The translations under genes and the position numbers were made by a program. The notes below the pieces were generated by a model. It was not told where the DNA came from, did no database searches, and saw only the letters and a list, made by a program, of their open reading frames with translations. 48,848 nt of DNA, taken from Chthonomonadales bacterium (GTDB lineage: Bacteria; Armatimonadota; Chthonomonadetes; Chthonomonadales; CAJBBX01). The stretch covers positions 1-48,848 of the forward strand of contig JBMFSQ010000025.1 of the NCBI GenBank assembly GCA_049967475.1, written 5' to 3'. Shown piece by piece: positions 29,124 to 39,650 of this stretch (positions are counted from its first letter, which is position 1; each line of letters opens with the position of its first letter).

Positions 29124-29807
29124 TCAGTCCCCTCCCGAAAAGCGGTATCCCACGCCGCGCACCGTCTGGATGTATCGCGGATGGGCAGGGTCGTCCTCGA
29201 TTTTGCCCCGTATCCAGCGGATATGCACATCCACGGTGCGTTCCTCCACGAAGGCGTCGGGGCCCCACACGCGGTCCAGCAGAACGTCTCTTGAAAATAC
29301 CTGGCGGGGATGGGCCGCGAGGAAATGGAGGAGGGCGAATTCCCGCCTTGTCAGCTCCACCGGTTGGCCGCGGACGCGCACTTCATGGAGCGCCGGATCA
29401 ATGGAGAGGTGCCCTATATGGATCGGGAGCAGGTTGGGATCCGATGCCGGTCCGGAACGGCGGAGCACGCTCTTGACGCGGGCAATCAGCTCCTTCATGC
29501 TGAAGGGCTTCGTTACGTAATCATCGGCGCCGATCTCCAGCCCCACCACGCGGTCCGTTTCGTCGCCGCGGGCAGTAAGAAGGATCACGGGGACCGCGCT
29601 GTCACGCCGCAGCCTCTTGCAGAGGTCTAGGCCGCTGGCTCCGGGAAGCATAATATCCAGGATGATGAGGTGGGGGGCCTCTGTGCGGATGATGTGGAAG
29701 GCTTCTTCAGCATCCCCTGCGGTAAGGACGGCGTACCCCTCTTTACGCAGGTTGTATTCCACGGCCTCTACAATGGGAGGCTCATCATCCACTACCAGGA
29801 TCTTCAC
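29124..29807 (-). CDS. phoB: OmpR/PhoB-family response regulator
   Basis: ILVVDDE, LDIMLP, GADDYVTKPF, RTVDVHIRW, TVRGVGYRF. GTG start with GGAG RBS. Confidence 0.92.
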   Translation of the reverse strand: MKILVVDDEPPIVEAVEYNLRKEGYAVLTAGDAEEAFHIIRTEAPHLIILDIMLPGASGLDLCKRLRRDSAVPVILLTARGDETDRVVGLEIGADDYVTKPFSMKELIARVKSVLRRSGPASDPNLLPIHIGHLSIDPALHEVRVRGQPVELTRREFALLHFLAAHPRQVFSRDVLLDRVWGPDAFVEERTVDVHIRWIRGKIEDDPAHPRYIQTVRGVGYRFSGGD

Positions 29808-29820
29808 CGTGCTTACTCCG

Positions 29821-30639
29821 TTATCCGAAGCGGCCGCGCACGTAATCCTCGGTGCGCCGGTCTTCTGGTTGGGTGAAGATGCGCTCCGTGTCCGAGAATT
29901 CAATGAGAGCCCCGCCAAGGAAGAAGCCGGTATAGTGCGACACGCGGGCTGCCTGCTGCAGATTGTGCGTCACGATCACAAGGGTGTAGCGCTGGGCCAG
30001 CTCGGTCATCAGCTCTTCGATGCGGAAGGTGGATGTGGGGTCCAGGGCGGAACAGGGCTCGTCCATAAGGATCACTTCCGGCTGCACGGCGAGCGTTCGG
30101 GCGATGCAGAGGCGCTGCTGCTGGCCCCCAGAGAGTTCCAGGGCGCTCTTCCGAAGAGTGTCTTTCACTTCGTCCCAAAGGGCAGCCTGCCGCAAACTCT
30201 TCTCCACGATCTCCTTCAGGCGGGCAGGCCGCCGCTCCCCATGGATGCGGGGACCGTATGCAATGTTATCGAATATGGACATAGGGAAGGGATTTGGGCG
30301 CTGGAACACCATTCCTACGCGCCTGCGCAGATCCACCACGTCCATTCCCCGGCCGTAGACGTCCTGCCCGTCCACCAAGACCTCGCCGGTGTGGCGGGTG
30401 CCCGGGATCTCGTCGTTCATCCGGTTGAAGCAACGAAGAAAGGTGGTCTTGCCGCAGCCGGAGGGTCCGATGAAGGCGGTGATACGGTTGGCAGGGATCT
30501 CGACGGTGATATCGTGCAATGCCTGAAACGAGCTGTAGAAGAAGCTCAGGTGGCGCGCTGCGATTCGGGTCACTCGGCTCTCCTCGATGAGGCGGCGGGC
30601 AGCTTCATGTTCTGGGACGATGGCGGGAAGTTTGACCAC
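29821..30639 (-). CDS. pstB: Phosphate ABC transporter ATPase
   Basis: [47 protein letters not shown]. Confidence 0.97.
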   Translation of the reverse strand: MVKLPAIVPEHEAARRLIEESRVTRIAARHLSFFYSSFQALHDITVEIPANRITAFIGPSGCGKTTFLRCFNRMNDEIPGTRHTGEVLVDGQDVYGRGMDVVDLRRRVGMVFQRPNPFPMSIFDNIAYGPRIHGERRPARLKEIVEKSLRQAALWDEVKDTLRKSALELSGGQQQRLCIARTLAVQPEVILMDEPCSALDPTSTFRIEELMTELAQRYTLVIVTHNLQQAARVSHYTGFFLGGALIEFSDTERIFTQPEDRRTEDYVRGRFG

Positions 30640-30649
30640 AGGGCCCTCC

Positions 30650-32680
30650 TTATCTTAGCGCATACCGGTTCCGCGTTGCTACCCTGGCGAGGATGCTCAC
30701 CACGAGCACCAGCCCAACCAGCACCAGCGCTCCTGCCCAGGCTTGTGCGATCCAGTCGGGATAGGCCGAGGTGGCATAGCGGTAGATCATCATCGTCATG
30801 GAGCTGATGGGTTCCGTGAGCTTCACGCTTGCCTCGTCATTCCCAAACGCGGTAAAGAGGAGCGGAGCGGTCTCCCCGGCTACGCGGGCTACGGCAAGCA
30901 TCGCCCCAGTCACGATGCCTGCTCGGGCGGCCGGCAGTACCACGGACAACGTAGTGCGCAATCGGGTAGCTCCCAGCCCCAAGGAAGCCTCGCGTAAGGC
31001 TCCCGGCACTAGAAGCATCATCTGCTCCGTGGTGCGCAGAATGGTCGGGATCATCATGATGCCGAGAGCTGCTCCCCCTGCCGCGGCGGAAAAGTGCTTC
31101 ACCGGTAGCACAAAGGCGGTGTATGCGAACATGCCGATGACCACGGAGGGGATGCCGTTCAACACATCGGCGCAAAAGCGTATGGCAGCCCCGATGCGCC
31201 GGGTGCGAAACTCCGCCAGAAAAACGCCCCCCAGCAAGCCGACGGGTATCGAGATTACGGCTGCGATGCCCACGAGAACGCCTGTGCCCACAATGCCGTT
31301 CTTCATCCCTCCACCGGGTTCTCCGGGGGGCGCCGGGAGCTGGGTAAAGAGCGTGAGGCGAAGCGCATGGCCGCCTTGGGTAATGACGTATCCAAGCAGC
31401 AATCCCAATACCAAGCACGCCGTGAAGGCGCAGAGGGTCAGAGCCGCGTGGGCGAGGGCGTTCGTCAGTTTGCGAAGCGGGTTCCAGAGTGGTGTGGACT
31501 GCGCCAGACGGCCGCCTATCACTCCGATTGCAACGAGGAGTACAGCCGCTTCGATAAGGCCGAGCAAGCCTGCTGCTCCATGCCTCCGAACATCGGATGC
31601 CACCTGAATGAGGAGGAGCGCCCCCAAGGCCGTGCCTGCTGTCCAACGCATCACCTGTGCACCGATGCGGCCTGCAACCTTCACCAAACCGGCTCGAGCT
31701 TGGCGGCGTTCCATCAAAAGGATGATGGCCCGTGCCGCTGCGGTAACCAGAACTGTGATGACGAAAAGGATGAGGGCAATCTCGATGAGGGCGGAACGTT
31801 GCACGTCATCGGTGTACGCCTCATTGAATTGGTTCGCCAGGAGCGCGGGCATCGTATATCCCGGCTGGAGAAGTGAGGCCGAGATCTGAGGATTGTTGCC
31901 GATCACCATTACCACCGCCATCGTCTCGCCGATGGCCCGACCCAGAGCGAGCATGACGGCGCCTACGATGCCGAGGCGGGCGTGCGCCATCACCACGTGC
32001 CGTATCGTCTCCCAGCGTGTGGCGCCAAGCCCTAGGGAAGCCTCGCGCTGGGCCGACGGAACGGTGAGGATCACTTCGCGGGACACCGACGTGATGAAGG
32101 GAAGCATCATGATTGCCAGGATCAATCCGGCGGCGAGCATGTTGGTCATCGTTGCCGGCCCGGCAAAGAGAGCCATTGTGCCGAAGTGCGCCTCCAGCCA
32201 TGGGTATACATGATCTTGCATCCATGGGCACAAGACCAGGAAGCCCCAAAGCCCGTAGATAACGCTGGGTACGGCCGCAAGGAGCTCGATGAGGAAGGCG
32301 ATGGGCCCTGCCAAGAAGCGCGGGGCGATCTCCGTCAAGAAAAGGGCGCACCCGATGGCTACTGGGGCCGCAAGAACAAGCCCAACCAATGAGCTTACAA
32401 AGGTGCCGTAGATGAAGGGCAGGGCACCATAAGTTTGTTTGGGCACATCCCATTCGGAGGAACGGAGGAGCCGCCAGCCGAACATGTGGCGGCTCACCTC
32501 CGATCCGTGCCAGAGGCCGTATCCAATCCAGAAGATCAAGACGATCACCAGGAGGCCAAAGGCCAGGGTAACGTATTCCAGGGCGCCATCGCCCAGGGCC
32601 GCACTGCTCAGGAGCGCTACCCCGCCCGTTCTCGGACGCCTGCTCCAATCTGGAACCTGGCTTTCGGATGCATCCGGCAT
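30650..32680 (-). CDS. pstCA: Fused phosphate permease PstC-PstA
   Basis: PstC half ([26 protein letters not shown]) and PstA half ([21 protein letters not shown]) in one 676-aa frame. Confidence 0.93.
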   Translation of the reverse strand: MPDASESQVPDWSRRPRTGGVALLSSAALGDGALEYVTLAFGLLVIVLIFWIGYGLWHGSEVSRHMFGWRLLRSSEWDVPKQTYGALPFIYGTFVSSLVGLVLAAPVAIGCALFLTEIAPRFLAGPIAFLIELLAAVPSVIYGLWGFLVLCPWMQDHVYPWLEAHFGTMALFAGPATMTNMLAAGLILAIMMLPFITSVSREVILTVPSAQREASLGLGATRWETIRHVVMAHARLGIVGAVMLALGRAIGETMAVVMVIGNNPQISASLLQPGYTMPALLANQFNEAYTDDVQRSALIEIALILFVITVLVTAAARAIILLMERRQARAGLVKVAGRIGAQVMRWTAGTALGALLLIQVASDVRRHGAAGLLGLIEAAVLLVAIGVIGGRLAQSTPLWNPLRKLTNALAHAALTLCAFTACLVLGLLLGYVITQGGHALRLTLFTQLPAPPGEPGGGMKNGIVGTGVLVGIAAVISIPVGLLGGVFLAEFRTRRIGAAIRFCADVLNGIPSVVIGMFAYTAFVLPVKHFSAAAGGAALGIMMIPTILRTTEQMMLLVPGALREASLGLGATRLRTTLSVVLPAARAGIVTGAMLAVARVAGETAPLLFTAFGNDEASVKLTEPISSMTMMIYRYATSAYPDWIAQAWAGALVLVGLVLVVSILARVATRNRYALR

Positions 32681-32709
32681 TGGTATGCGGTCTCCCTGGG
32701 TTCGTTGCT

Positions 32710-33735
32710 TCAGCGTATCTGGGCTAGCGCCCGTTCATTGAGCATGCGTACGGCTTCCGGCAGGGGTGCATAATAAAGTTCCTCTGCCAATCTTCGACCT
32801 TGCGGTCCCATTGCCCATCGCACAAAATCCACCAGCGCTCGGCCCTTGCGGCCGTCCTGAGGCTGTTTCTGCATCAGCAGATAGGTGAACCCCGCGATGG
32901 GGTACACGTCCCGGCCCGGCAAATCTACGATGGGCGAACGTGGGTCGCGCTTCAGATGCGCTGCGGCCGCCGCTGCGGCTGCTTCGGCCCCCTGCACGGA
33001 GGGTGCTACGAAGCTGCCGGAACGGTTGCGCACATGGGCGAAGGCGAGGCGGTTCTGCACCGCGTAGGCAAGTTCCACGTATCCGATGCCTCCACGCGAC
33101 ATGCGCACCAAGCCTGCGACGCCGGCATTGCCCGACGCACCCAGCCCCACTGGCCAGTTCACCGATTTGCCGAAGGATACCCGATCCCGCCATTCTGCGC
33201 TGACGGCGCTCAGGTACGACGTGAAGATGTACGTGGTGCCCGAGCCGTCGGAACGATGCGCCACGGTAATATCCAGAGGCGGCAAGCGCAGCCCAGGATT
33301 GTAGCGCTGGATGCGTACGTCGTTCCAGGTTCGGATTTTGCCCAGATAGATGTCGGCAATGACGTCGGGCGTCAACTTCAGTCCCGATCCTATGCCGGGT
33401 AGATTGTATGCCAGCACCACGGCGCCCCCTACAATGGGTATCTGCACGGTTGGGCGCGGTATCCGGGCAAGGTCCGCGTTGGATAACGGTGCATCCGTAG
33501 CGCCGAAATCTACAGTGCCCGCTGTGTACTGGGCGATGCCTGCACCCGATCCGATGGACTGGTAGTTGAAGCGTATGCCGGGGTGGGCACGTTCATATTC
33601 GTGCGTCCACGCAGAGAGGACAGGATACACGAAGGTTGATCCTGCTCCCGTGATGGTTTGCGCCCTTGCGCCGGGGATGAAGCATCCCAAGAGGAAGGCG
33701 CTTGCGAGGCCCATGAGGCCGCCTCTTTTCATCAT
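32710..33735 (-). CDS. pstS: Phosphate ABC transporter substrate-binding protein
   Basis: ITGAGSTF, YQSIGSGAGI, HRSDGSGTT, IGYVELAYA. Signal peptide ending ARA-Q. Confidence 0.96.
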   Translation of the reverse strand: MMKRGGLMGLASAFLLGCFIPGARAQTITGAGSTFVYPVLSAWTHEYERAHPGIRFNYQSIGSGAGIAQYTAGTVDFGATDAPLSNADLARIPRPTVQIPIVGGAVVLAYNLPGIGSGLKLTPDVIADIYLGKIRTWNDVRIQRYNPGLRLPPLDITVAHRSDGSGTTYIFTSYLSAVSAEWRDRVSFGKSVNWPVGLGASGNAGVAGLVRMSRGGIGYVELAYAVQNRLAFAHVRNRSGSFVAPSVQGAEAAAAAAAAHLKRDPRSPIVDLPGRDVYPIAGFTYLLMQKQPQDGRKGRALVDFVRWAMGPQGRRLAEELYYAPLPEAVRMLNERALAQIR

Positions 33736-33769
33736 TGTTTGACCGTCTCCTTTGGTGTAGTTAGCTGTG

Positions 33770-35344
33770 TCAAAACGCTTCCTGGAAGTTCATCAGGAAG
33801 AGGTTGCGATCGAGACCCAGGAAGGAAGTGGAGGACGAGGAGCTTACCGGGCCGTTGATGTTCTTGCGGATCCAGTTGAATTGGATCTTGGCGTTGTGGC
33901 CCATAAGGTAGTAATTGGCGCCCAGCGTCAGGTCGTATTCGTGGACGGCGGAGGCGCCGTGGAGGTCGCGGTTTGGGTTCCAATATTCTCCCCGAGCTAC
34001 GAGCTGCCATGGAGCGCTGAGGCTGTAGGCATACAGCAAATAGCCCCCGTGGGATCGAATGGCCGGGTCGCCGTCGCGAGCTTGTACCCACTCCGTCTCG
34101 ATGTGGTGGCGGCCAAAGGTGAATGCTCCTTCTACTCCGATGCGGTGGCGCAGCGCCCTGGAGGCGCCCACTCCCCCGCTGATGTCCTGATAGGCCCCTA
34201 TCATCACGCCGGGCAGGGCCTTGTAGTCCAGGTGCCAAACGATATCCTTGGCATTATTGGGATCGGTTGTGTTCTGAGTGTTGCCGCTGTCGTTGAGGAT
34301 CGCCAACTGGCCTTCCACCCGCGGCCCCGCATACCGAAGCGTGAGACCCACGTCGCGGATATCGCCCACGCGGCCGGCATTCACAGGAAGCAGATTGAAG
34401 ATGGACCGCTCTACCGTAAGAAGCTGAGAGGCCGACCTCCAACCTTCCATAGAGAGAGGAACCTTTTGTTGGCCGATCTCCAATGCCGTGCCGGGTGCAA
34501 GAGTGTATCCGGCCACCAGTTCCTGCAGAATGTTGGAACTCTGGTTCACGGACACGCCGGTTACGTTCCCGCCGGATGACGTCGTGTTGAGGCTCAGGCT
34601 CTTGGCAGGATCTATCAGCACCCACCAGTAGGCGCGTTTGGTAAGAGTGCCTGAGAGCTTCAACTCCGACCGACGGAGGCGGAATGTGTCCGTCTGCCCG
34701 CGGTTGGGCGCATCCAATTCGCCCATGCCCCATATCTGGATGAGGCCGTTTATCTTGATGCGGCCTGTGCCGGCATCTACTTTGGACCCCTCGAGCTTGG
34801 ACACGCGTTCAGACTGCTCTTTTACGGCGTCGGCAAGCGCCGAGGTCCCTTCCTTCGCCTCTTCGGCAAGAGCGCGGGCGCTTCTGGCGGTCTCAGCTTC
34901 CTTGTGAACTTCCTCACGCAAAACGCCGACGTCGGCACGGAGCGCGGAGAGTTCCTCTTTTGCCTTCTGCAGGTCGGTGCCCAATACCGTAAGCTCCACC
35001 CGAAACTCGTTGACGAGGCGTTTGATCTCGGCGAGCTGCTGGGAGGTAATGGCGGCCGCGTCCGTGTGGGCTTGGCTGGGCTGGTGGGAGAGTTCCTCCA
35101 CGCGGGCCAGAACGCGCTGAATTATGGTGGCCATTTCGTACCGTGTTACCGTCCGTCCCCCGAAGAACTGCCCTGTGGGCGGATATCCCTTAATGAGGCC
35201 TTTCTCCGCAAGACTGTTCACGGCATCATACGCCCAGTGAGAGGGTGGTACATCTGCAGGGGTCTGGCCCCGAGCCATAGGGGGTGTTGCGGCTGCTGCC
35301 GCGAATACGATCACGGCGATTGCCGCCCGCATCCATCGCGCCAT
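33770..35344 (-). CDS. SLH domain + coiled coil + outer-membrane beta-barrel (phosphate-selective porin O/P-like)
   Basis: Signal peptide. SLH (DVPPSHWAYDAV..L...G.I.GYP...TRYEMA), heptad region (IKRLVNEFRVEL), barrel motifs DTFRLRR and IGQQKVP, C-terminal Phe. Confidence 0.85.
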   Translation of the reverse strand: MARWMRAAIAVIVFAAAAATPPMARGQTPADVPPSHWAYDAVNSLAEKGLIKGYPPTGQFFGGRTVTRYEMATIIQRVLARVEELSHQPSQAHTDAAAITSQQLAEIKRLVNEFRVELTVLGTDLQKAKEELSALRADVGVLREEVHKEAETARSARALAEEAKEGTSALADAVKEQSERVSKLEGSKVDAGTGRIKINGLIQIWGMGELDAPNRGQTDTFRLRRSELKLSGTLTKRAYWWVLIDPAKSLSLNTTSSGGNVTGVSVNQSSNILQELVAGYTLAPGTALEIGQQKVPLSMEGWRSASQLLTVERSIFNLLPVNAGRVGDIRDVGLTLRYAGPRVEGQLAILNDSGNTQNTTDPNNAKDIVWHLDYKALPGVMIGAYQDISGGVGASRALRHRIGVEGAFTFGRHHIETEWVQARDGDPAIRSHGGYLLYAYSLSAPWQLVARGEYWNPNRDLHGASAVHEYDLTLGANYYLMGHNAKIQFNWIRKNINGPVSSSSSTSFLGLDRNLFLMNFQEAF

Positions 35345-35393
35345 CGGCGCTTCTCCTTTCCGGTTTGGTGTATCGGTTCGCGCATTCGGCAAG

Positions 35394-35447
35394 AGTGTGC
35401 CTCGCGAGGATTAAGGCAACGTTAAGGAGGCGTTAATGGCCGATTAT
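35394..35447 (-). promoter_or_regulatory. Pho box (11-bp-period direct repeats) and -10 element of the porin-pst-pho operon
   Basis: TTAA cores at 35411, 35422, 35433 and a degenerate fourth at 35444. Minus strand CATTAACGCCT-CCTTAACGTTG-CCTTAATCCTC-GCGAGG-CACACT. Confidence 0.75.
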
Positions 35448-35488
35448 CGCCGTTGCCGGTAGCTTGTTGCTTCGTTCACAAAGTGCGA

Positions 35489-35518
35489 TTGACGGCCCGC
35501 GACTGTGTGGGGTAGCAT
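35489..35518 (+). promoter_or_regulatory. Possible sigma70 promoter of the pyrophosphatase gene
   Basis: TTGACG-18 nt-TAGCAT, followed by AGGAGG at 35561-35566. Confidence 0.45.
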
Positions 35519-35578
35519 GAAAAGGCGGCCCGGGTATGGCCGGGCACCCCACTATCCGCAAGGAGGAACCCGCGTCCC

Positions 35579-38131
35579 ATGCGCGTCCGAGGGATACATC
35601 CAGCTCTTCGATCGCTCCCGGTCCAGCGCGCTTTCGCGCGTGTGGAAGCTCTCTTCTCGCGAAATTTCGCTTGGGTATGGGCGATGGTCTTCGTCCTGGC
35701 TGCTTTGCTTCAGGCGGTCCCCGCCGCAGCCCAGGAGGGCGGCGAGGCTACCTTGGTGGTGCCTCCTCTTTCCGGGCCCAACGCCCCTACCTTCCACGGC
35801 ATGTCGGGGCCGGTTCTGCTGATGTTGGGGCTGCTCGTGTGCGCCCTAGGAGGCGTGTTTGGGCTGGTGGTGTCGGCCCGATTGCGGAGCCTCCCGGTCC
35901 ACCGCGCCATGCTGGAGGTGAGCGAGCTGATCTACGCCACGTGCAAAACGTACTTGCAGACGCAGCTTAAGTTCATCGCCGTCCTGTGGGTGTTCATCGG
36001 CGCCATCATCGTGGTGTATTTCGGCTGGCTGAGCGGGTACTTCGCCCAAGGCAAAATCCCGCAGGTGTTTATCATCCTGGCCTTCTCGCTCATCGGCATC
36101 ATGGGCAGCACGAGTGTGGCCTGGTTCGGCATCCGCGTGAACACCTACGCGAACTCCCGCACGGCCTTTGCCGCTCTCAGGGGCAAGCCCTTCCCGTGCC
36201 ACCAGATCCCGCTCATGGCCGGCATGAGCATCGGGATGCTGCTGATCTCCATCGAACTCGTGATCATGCTGGCGATTTTGTTGTTCATCCCGGGCGACTA
36301 CGCCGGCCCTTGCTTCATCGGTTTCGCCATCGGCGAATCGCTGGGAGCCGCCGCCCTGCGCGTAGCCGGAGGCATCTTCACCAAGATTGCCGATATCGGC
36401 TCCGACTTGATGAAGATCGTCTTCAAGATTAAGGAGGACGATGCCCGCAATCCCGGCGTCATCGCCGACTGCACGGGCGACAATGCCGGAGACTCGGTGG
36501 GACCCAGTGCCGACGGCTTCGAGACCTACGGCGTCACCGGGGTGGCGCTCATCTCCTTTATCCTTCTGGCGGTAACGCATCCTGCAGCGCAGATCCAGCT
36601 TCTGGTGTGGATCTTCACCATGCGCATCGTGATGGTGATTACCAGCGCCCTAGCCTACTGGGTGAACGGCATCCTGGCGCGCGCCCGCTACGGTGAGGCC
36701 GCGGCGTTCAACTTCGAGCAACCCCTCACCTCGTTGGTTTGGATAACGTCGCTCATCTCCATCGCCCTGACCTTCGTGGTGTCGTATATCCTCATTCCCG
36801 ACCTAGGCGGCGATCCAACGCTCTGGTGGAAGCTTTCGGCCATCATCACCTGCGGAACGTTGGCCGGCGCCGTCATACCGGAGCTGGTGAAGGTGTTCAC
36901 TTCTACGGAGTCCGGCCACGTACGCGAGGTGGTGGCCTCCGCCCGGGAGGGAGGCGCCTCGCTCGATATCTTGTCCGGCTTCGTTGCGGGCAACTTCAGC
37001 TCCTTCTGGATGGGCATCGTGGTCATCGTGCTCATGGGCACAGCCTGGCTCGTCAGCCGCGAAGGACTTGGCGCCCTAATGACCGTGGGCGGAACCGACG
37101 TGTCCGCCGTGTTCGCATTCGGATTGGTTGCCTTCGGCTTCTTGGGAATGGGCCCGGTGACCATCGCCGTGGACTCCTACGGACCCGTGACGGATAACGC
37201 TCAATCGGTATATGAGCTTTCCGTGATCGAACAGATCCCGGGCATCGAAGCAGAGATCAAGAGGGACTTCGGCTTCGACGTGGATTTCGAGCGGGCGAAG
37301 CATAACCTGGAAGCCAACGACGGCGCCGGCAACACGTTCAAGGCGACGGCGAAGCCCGTGCTGATCGGTACTGCGGTGGTGGGTGCCACGACGATGATCT
37401 TTTCCATCATCGTGATGCTGACGCACAAGCTGGATCCCAAGCTTGTGGCGAACCTCTCGCTTCTTCATCCCCCATTCCTGTTGGGCCTCATCGCCGGCGG
37501 CGCTGTGATCTACTGGTTCACCGGCGCATCAACTCAGGCGGTTACGACGGGCGCGTACCGGGCCGTAGAGTTCATCAAGGCGAACATTCACCTCGAGGGC
37601 ATCGAAAAGGCGTCCATCGAAGACAGCAAGAAGGTGGTCGCCATCTGTACTCAGTACGCCCAGAAGGGAATGTTCAACATCTTTCTGGTGGTGTTCTTTG
37701 GAACGCTGGCTTTCGCGTGCCTCGAGTCGTTCTTCTTCATCGGCTACCTGATTGCAATTGCCCTCTTCGGCCTCTTCCAGGCGCTCTTCATGGCGAATGC
37801 AGGCGGTGCCTGGGACAACGCCAAGAAGATCGTGGAGGTGGAACTCAAGGAGAAGGGCACGGAGCTTCACGCAGCCACGGTTGTGGGCGACACGGTGGGA
37901 GATCCCTTCAAGGACACGTCCTCGGTGGCCATGAACCCCATCATCAAGTTCACCACGTTGTTCGGGCTTCTTGCCGTGGAACTCGCGGAAACCCTGCCCA
38001 CGGAGGTGCGCTTGGTAGCTTCGGCTATCTTCTTTGCCGTAATGGTTACGTTCGTTTACCGCTCGTTCTACGGCATGCGCATCAAATCCGGCGTCGCTGA
38101 GGCAGCCAAAGAAGCAGTGACTGCGGATTGA
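35579..38131 (+). CDS. hppA: Membrane-bound ion-translocating pyrophosphatase, long divergent type, K+-independent signature
   Basis: GGIFTKIADIGSDL, EDDARNPGVIAD, DSYGPVTDNA, GNTFKA (Lys at the K+-determinant site), GGAWDNAKK, GDTVGDPFKDTS. Confidence 0.95.
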   Translation: MRVRGIHPALRSLPVQRAFARVEALFSRNFAWVWAMVFVLAALLQAVPAAAQEGGEATLVVPPLSGPNAPTFHGMSGPVLLMLGLLVCALGGVFGLVVSARLRSLPVHRAMLEVSELIYATCKTYLQTQLKFIAVLWVFIGAIIVVYFGWLSGYFAQGKIPQVFIILAFSLIGIMGSTSVAWFGIRVNTYANSRTAFAALRGKPFPCHQIPLMAGMSIGMLLISIELVIMLAILLFIPGDYAGPCFIGFAIGESLGAAALRVAGGIFTKIADIGSDLMKIVFKIKEDDARNPGVIADCTGDNAGDSVGPSADGFETYGVTGVALISFILLAVTHPAAQIQLLVWIFTMRIVMVITSALAYWVNGILARARYGEAAAFNFEQPLTSLVWITSLISIALTFVVSYILIPDLGGDPTLWWKLSAIITCGTLAGAVIPELVKVFTSTESGHVREVVASAREGGASLDILSGFVAGNFSSFWMGIVVIVLMGTAWLVSREGLGALMTVGGTDVSAVFAFGLVAFGFLGMGPVTIAVDSYGPVTDNAQSVYELSVIEQIPGIEAEIKRDFGFDVDFERAKHNLEANDGAGNTFKATAKPVLIGTAVVGATTMIFSIIVMLTHKLDPKLVANLSLLHPPFLLGLIAGGAVIYWFTGASTQAVTTGAYRAVEFIKANIHLEGIEKASIEDSKKVVAICTQYAQKGMFNIFLVVFFGTLAFACLESFFFIGYLIAIALFGLFQALFMANAGGAWDNAKKIVEVELKEKGTELHAATVVGDTVGDPFKDTSSVAMNPIIKFTTLFGLLAVELAETLPTEVRLVASAIFFAVMVTFVYRSFYGMRIKSGVAEAAKEAVTAD

Positions 38132-38146
38132 AGCCTGGGCAATCTG

Positions 38147-38184
38147 GAACAGGGGCGGAGCGGGAGGCTGCTCCGCCCCTGTTC
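38147..38184. terminator. Perfect 15-bp hairpin between convergent hppA and DUF1501 genes
   Basis: GAACAGGGGCGGAGC-8 nt loop-GCTCCGCCCCTGTTC. Confidence 0.8.
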
Positions 38185-38187
38185 TAT

Positions 38188-39645
38188 TCAGGCCAAGATC
38201 TTGCGCACCACGATGCCGCTCACGTCCGTTAGGCGGAAGCTGCGTCCCTGAAAACGGTACGTAAGGCGGGTGTGGTCCACCCCAAGTTGGTTGAGGATGG
38301 TGGCATGCAGGTCGTGCACATCCACCGGGTCTTCCACGACGTTGTATCCGAGATCGTCCGTGCGCCCCAAGGAGATGCCGGGCTTGATGCCGCCGCCGGC
38401 CATCCAGATGGTGAAGGCACGGGGATGATGGTCGCGCCCGAGCCACTTGGAGCCATCTCGCCCCTCATTCATGGGGGTCCTCCCGAATTCGCCGCCCCAA
38501 ATCACGAGTGTGGTGTCTAGGAGGCCGCGCCGCTTGAGGTCCTTGATGAGGGCGGCTGCAGCTTGATCGGTCTCGCGGCAAAGGCGAGGGAGCCCTGTGA
38601 GCAGATCGTCGTATTGGGCTTCGCCATGGTGATCCCAGCCGCGGTGGTAGAGTTGAACGAAGCGCACTCCACGCTCCACCAACCTCCGGGCCAACAGGCA
38701 GTTGTTGGCGAAAGACACGCGGCCGGGCTGGGTTCCGTACAGGGCGTGGGTGTCCGGCGTCTCTTTGGAGAGGTCCATGAGTTCCGGCACGCTGGTTTGC
38801 ATGCGATAGGCGAGTTCGTACGACGCGATGCGCGTGGCAATCTCCGGATCATGAACCTCACCCAGATGCGTCGTGTTGAGTTCTCGAAGGGCATCCAGGG
38901 AGCGCCGGCGGTCCGCAGCCGACATTCCCGGCGGATTGGACACGAACAGAACCGGATCCCCCTGGCTTCGGAATTCCACCCCCTGGTAAACTGTGGGCAG
39001 GAAGCCGCTGGACCAGCAGGATTTGCCGCCGTCCGGGTACTTGTCGCCGGAGATAAGGACCACGAAGCCGGGCAGGTCGCGGTTCTCGGTTCCGAGGCCG
39101 TAGGTAATCCACGATCCCATGCTTGGGCGGCCGATCAACTGGACACCTGTATTCATATAGATCTGGCCCGGGGCGTGGTTGAATTGCTCGGTGCGCATGG
39201 ATCGGATGACGGTCAGATCGTCGGCTACTTCAGCCAGGTGCGGCAGCAGGTTGGACATCATCTGGCCGGACTTCCCTCGGGGAGCGAACGTGTGAGGGGT
39301 TCCCAGCAACTTGGGTGTCCCCTTGATGAAGGCGGAGCGTTCCCCCTTGACATACTCGTCCGGAATGGGCTGGCCGTTGAACTTTACCAAGGCAGGCTTG
39401 TAATCAAAGAGGTCGAGCTGCGAAGGGGCGCCCGCCATAAACAGGAAGATGATGCTCTTGGCCTTTGGAGCGAAATGGGGCCGCTTGGGCGCCAGGGGGT
39501 TCTGTGGGGCAGGGGCTGCGAGGAGGCGTTCATCCAGCATGGCAGCGAGGGCGATTTGCGCGATGCCGTAGGTGCTTTGCTTGAAGAAGTGGCGGCGCGT
39601 AATGAATTTGAGCGCCTCACGATGCAGGTCCCGGTCGTTGTCCAT
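38188..39645 (-). CDS. DUF1501 (sulfatase-like fold) protein with twin-arginine signal
   Basis: [71 protein letters not shown]. Confidence 0.93.
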   Translation of the reverse strand: MDNDRDLHREALKFITRRHFFKQSTYGIAQIALAAMLDERLLAAPAPQNPLAPKRPHFAPKAKSIIFLFMAGAPSQLDLFDYKPALVKFNGQPIPDEYVKGERSAFIKGTPKLLGTPHTFAPRGKSGQMMSNLLPHLAEVADDLTVIRSMRTEQFNHAPGQIYMNTGVQLIGRPSMGSWITYGLGTENRDLPGFVVLISGDKYPDGGKSCWSSGFLPTVYQGVEFRSQGDPVLFVSNPPGMSAADRRRSLDALRELNTTHLGEVHDPEIATRIASYELAYRMQTSVPELMDLSKETPDTHALYGTQPGRVSFANNCLLARRLVERGVRFVQLYHRGWDHHGEAQYDDLLTGLPRLCRETDQAAAALIKDLKRRGLLDTTLVIWGGEFGRTPMNEGRDGSKWLGRDHHPRAFTIWMAGGGIKPGISLGRTDDLGYNVVEDPVDVHDLHATILNQLGVDHTRLTYRFQGRSFRLTDVSGIVVRKILA

Positions 39646-39650
39646 CCGAT

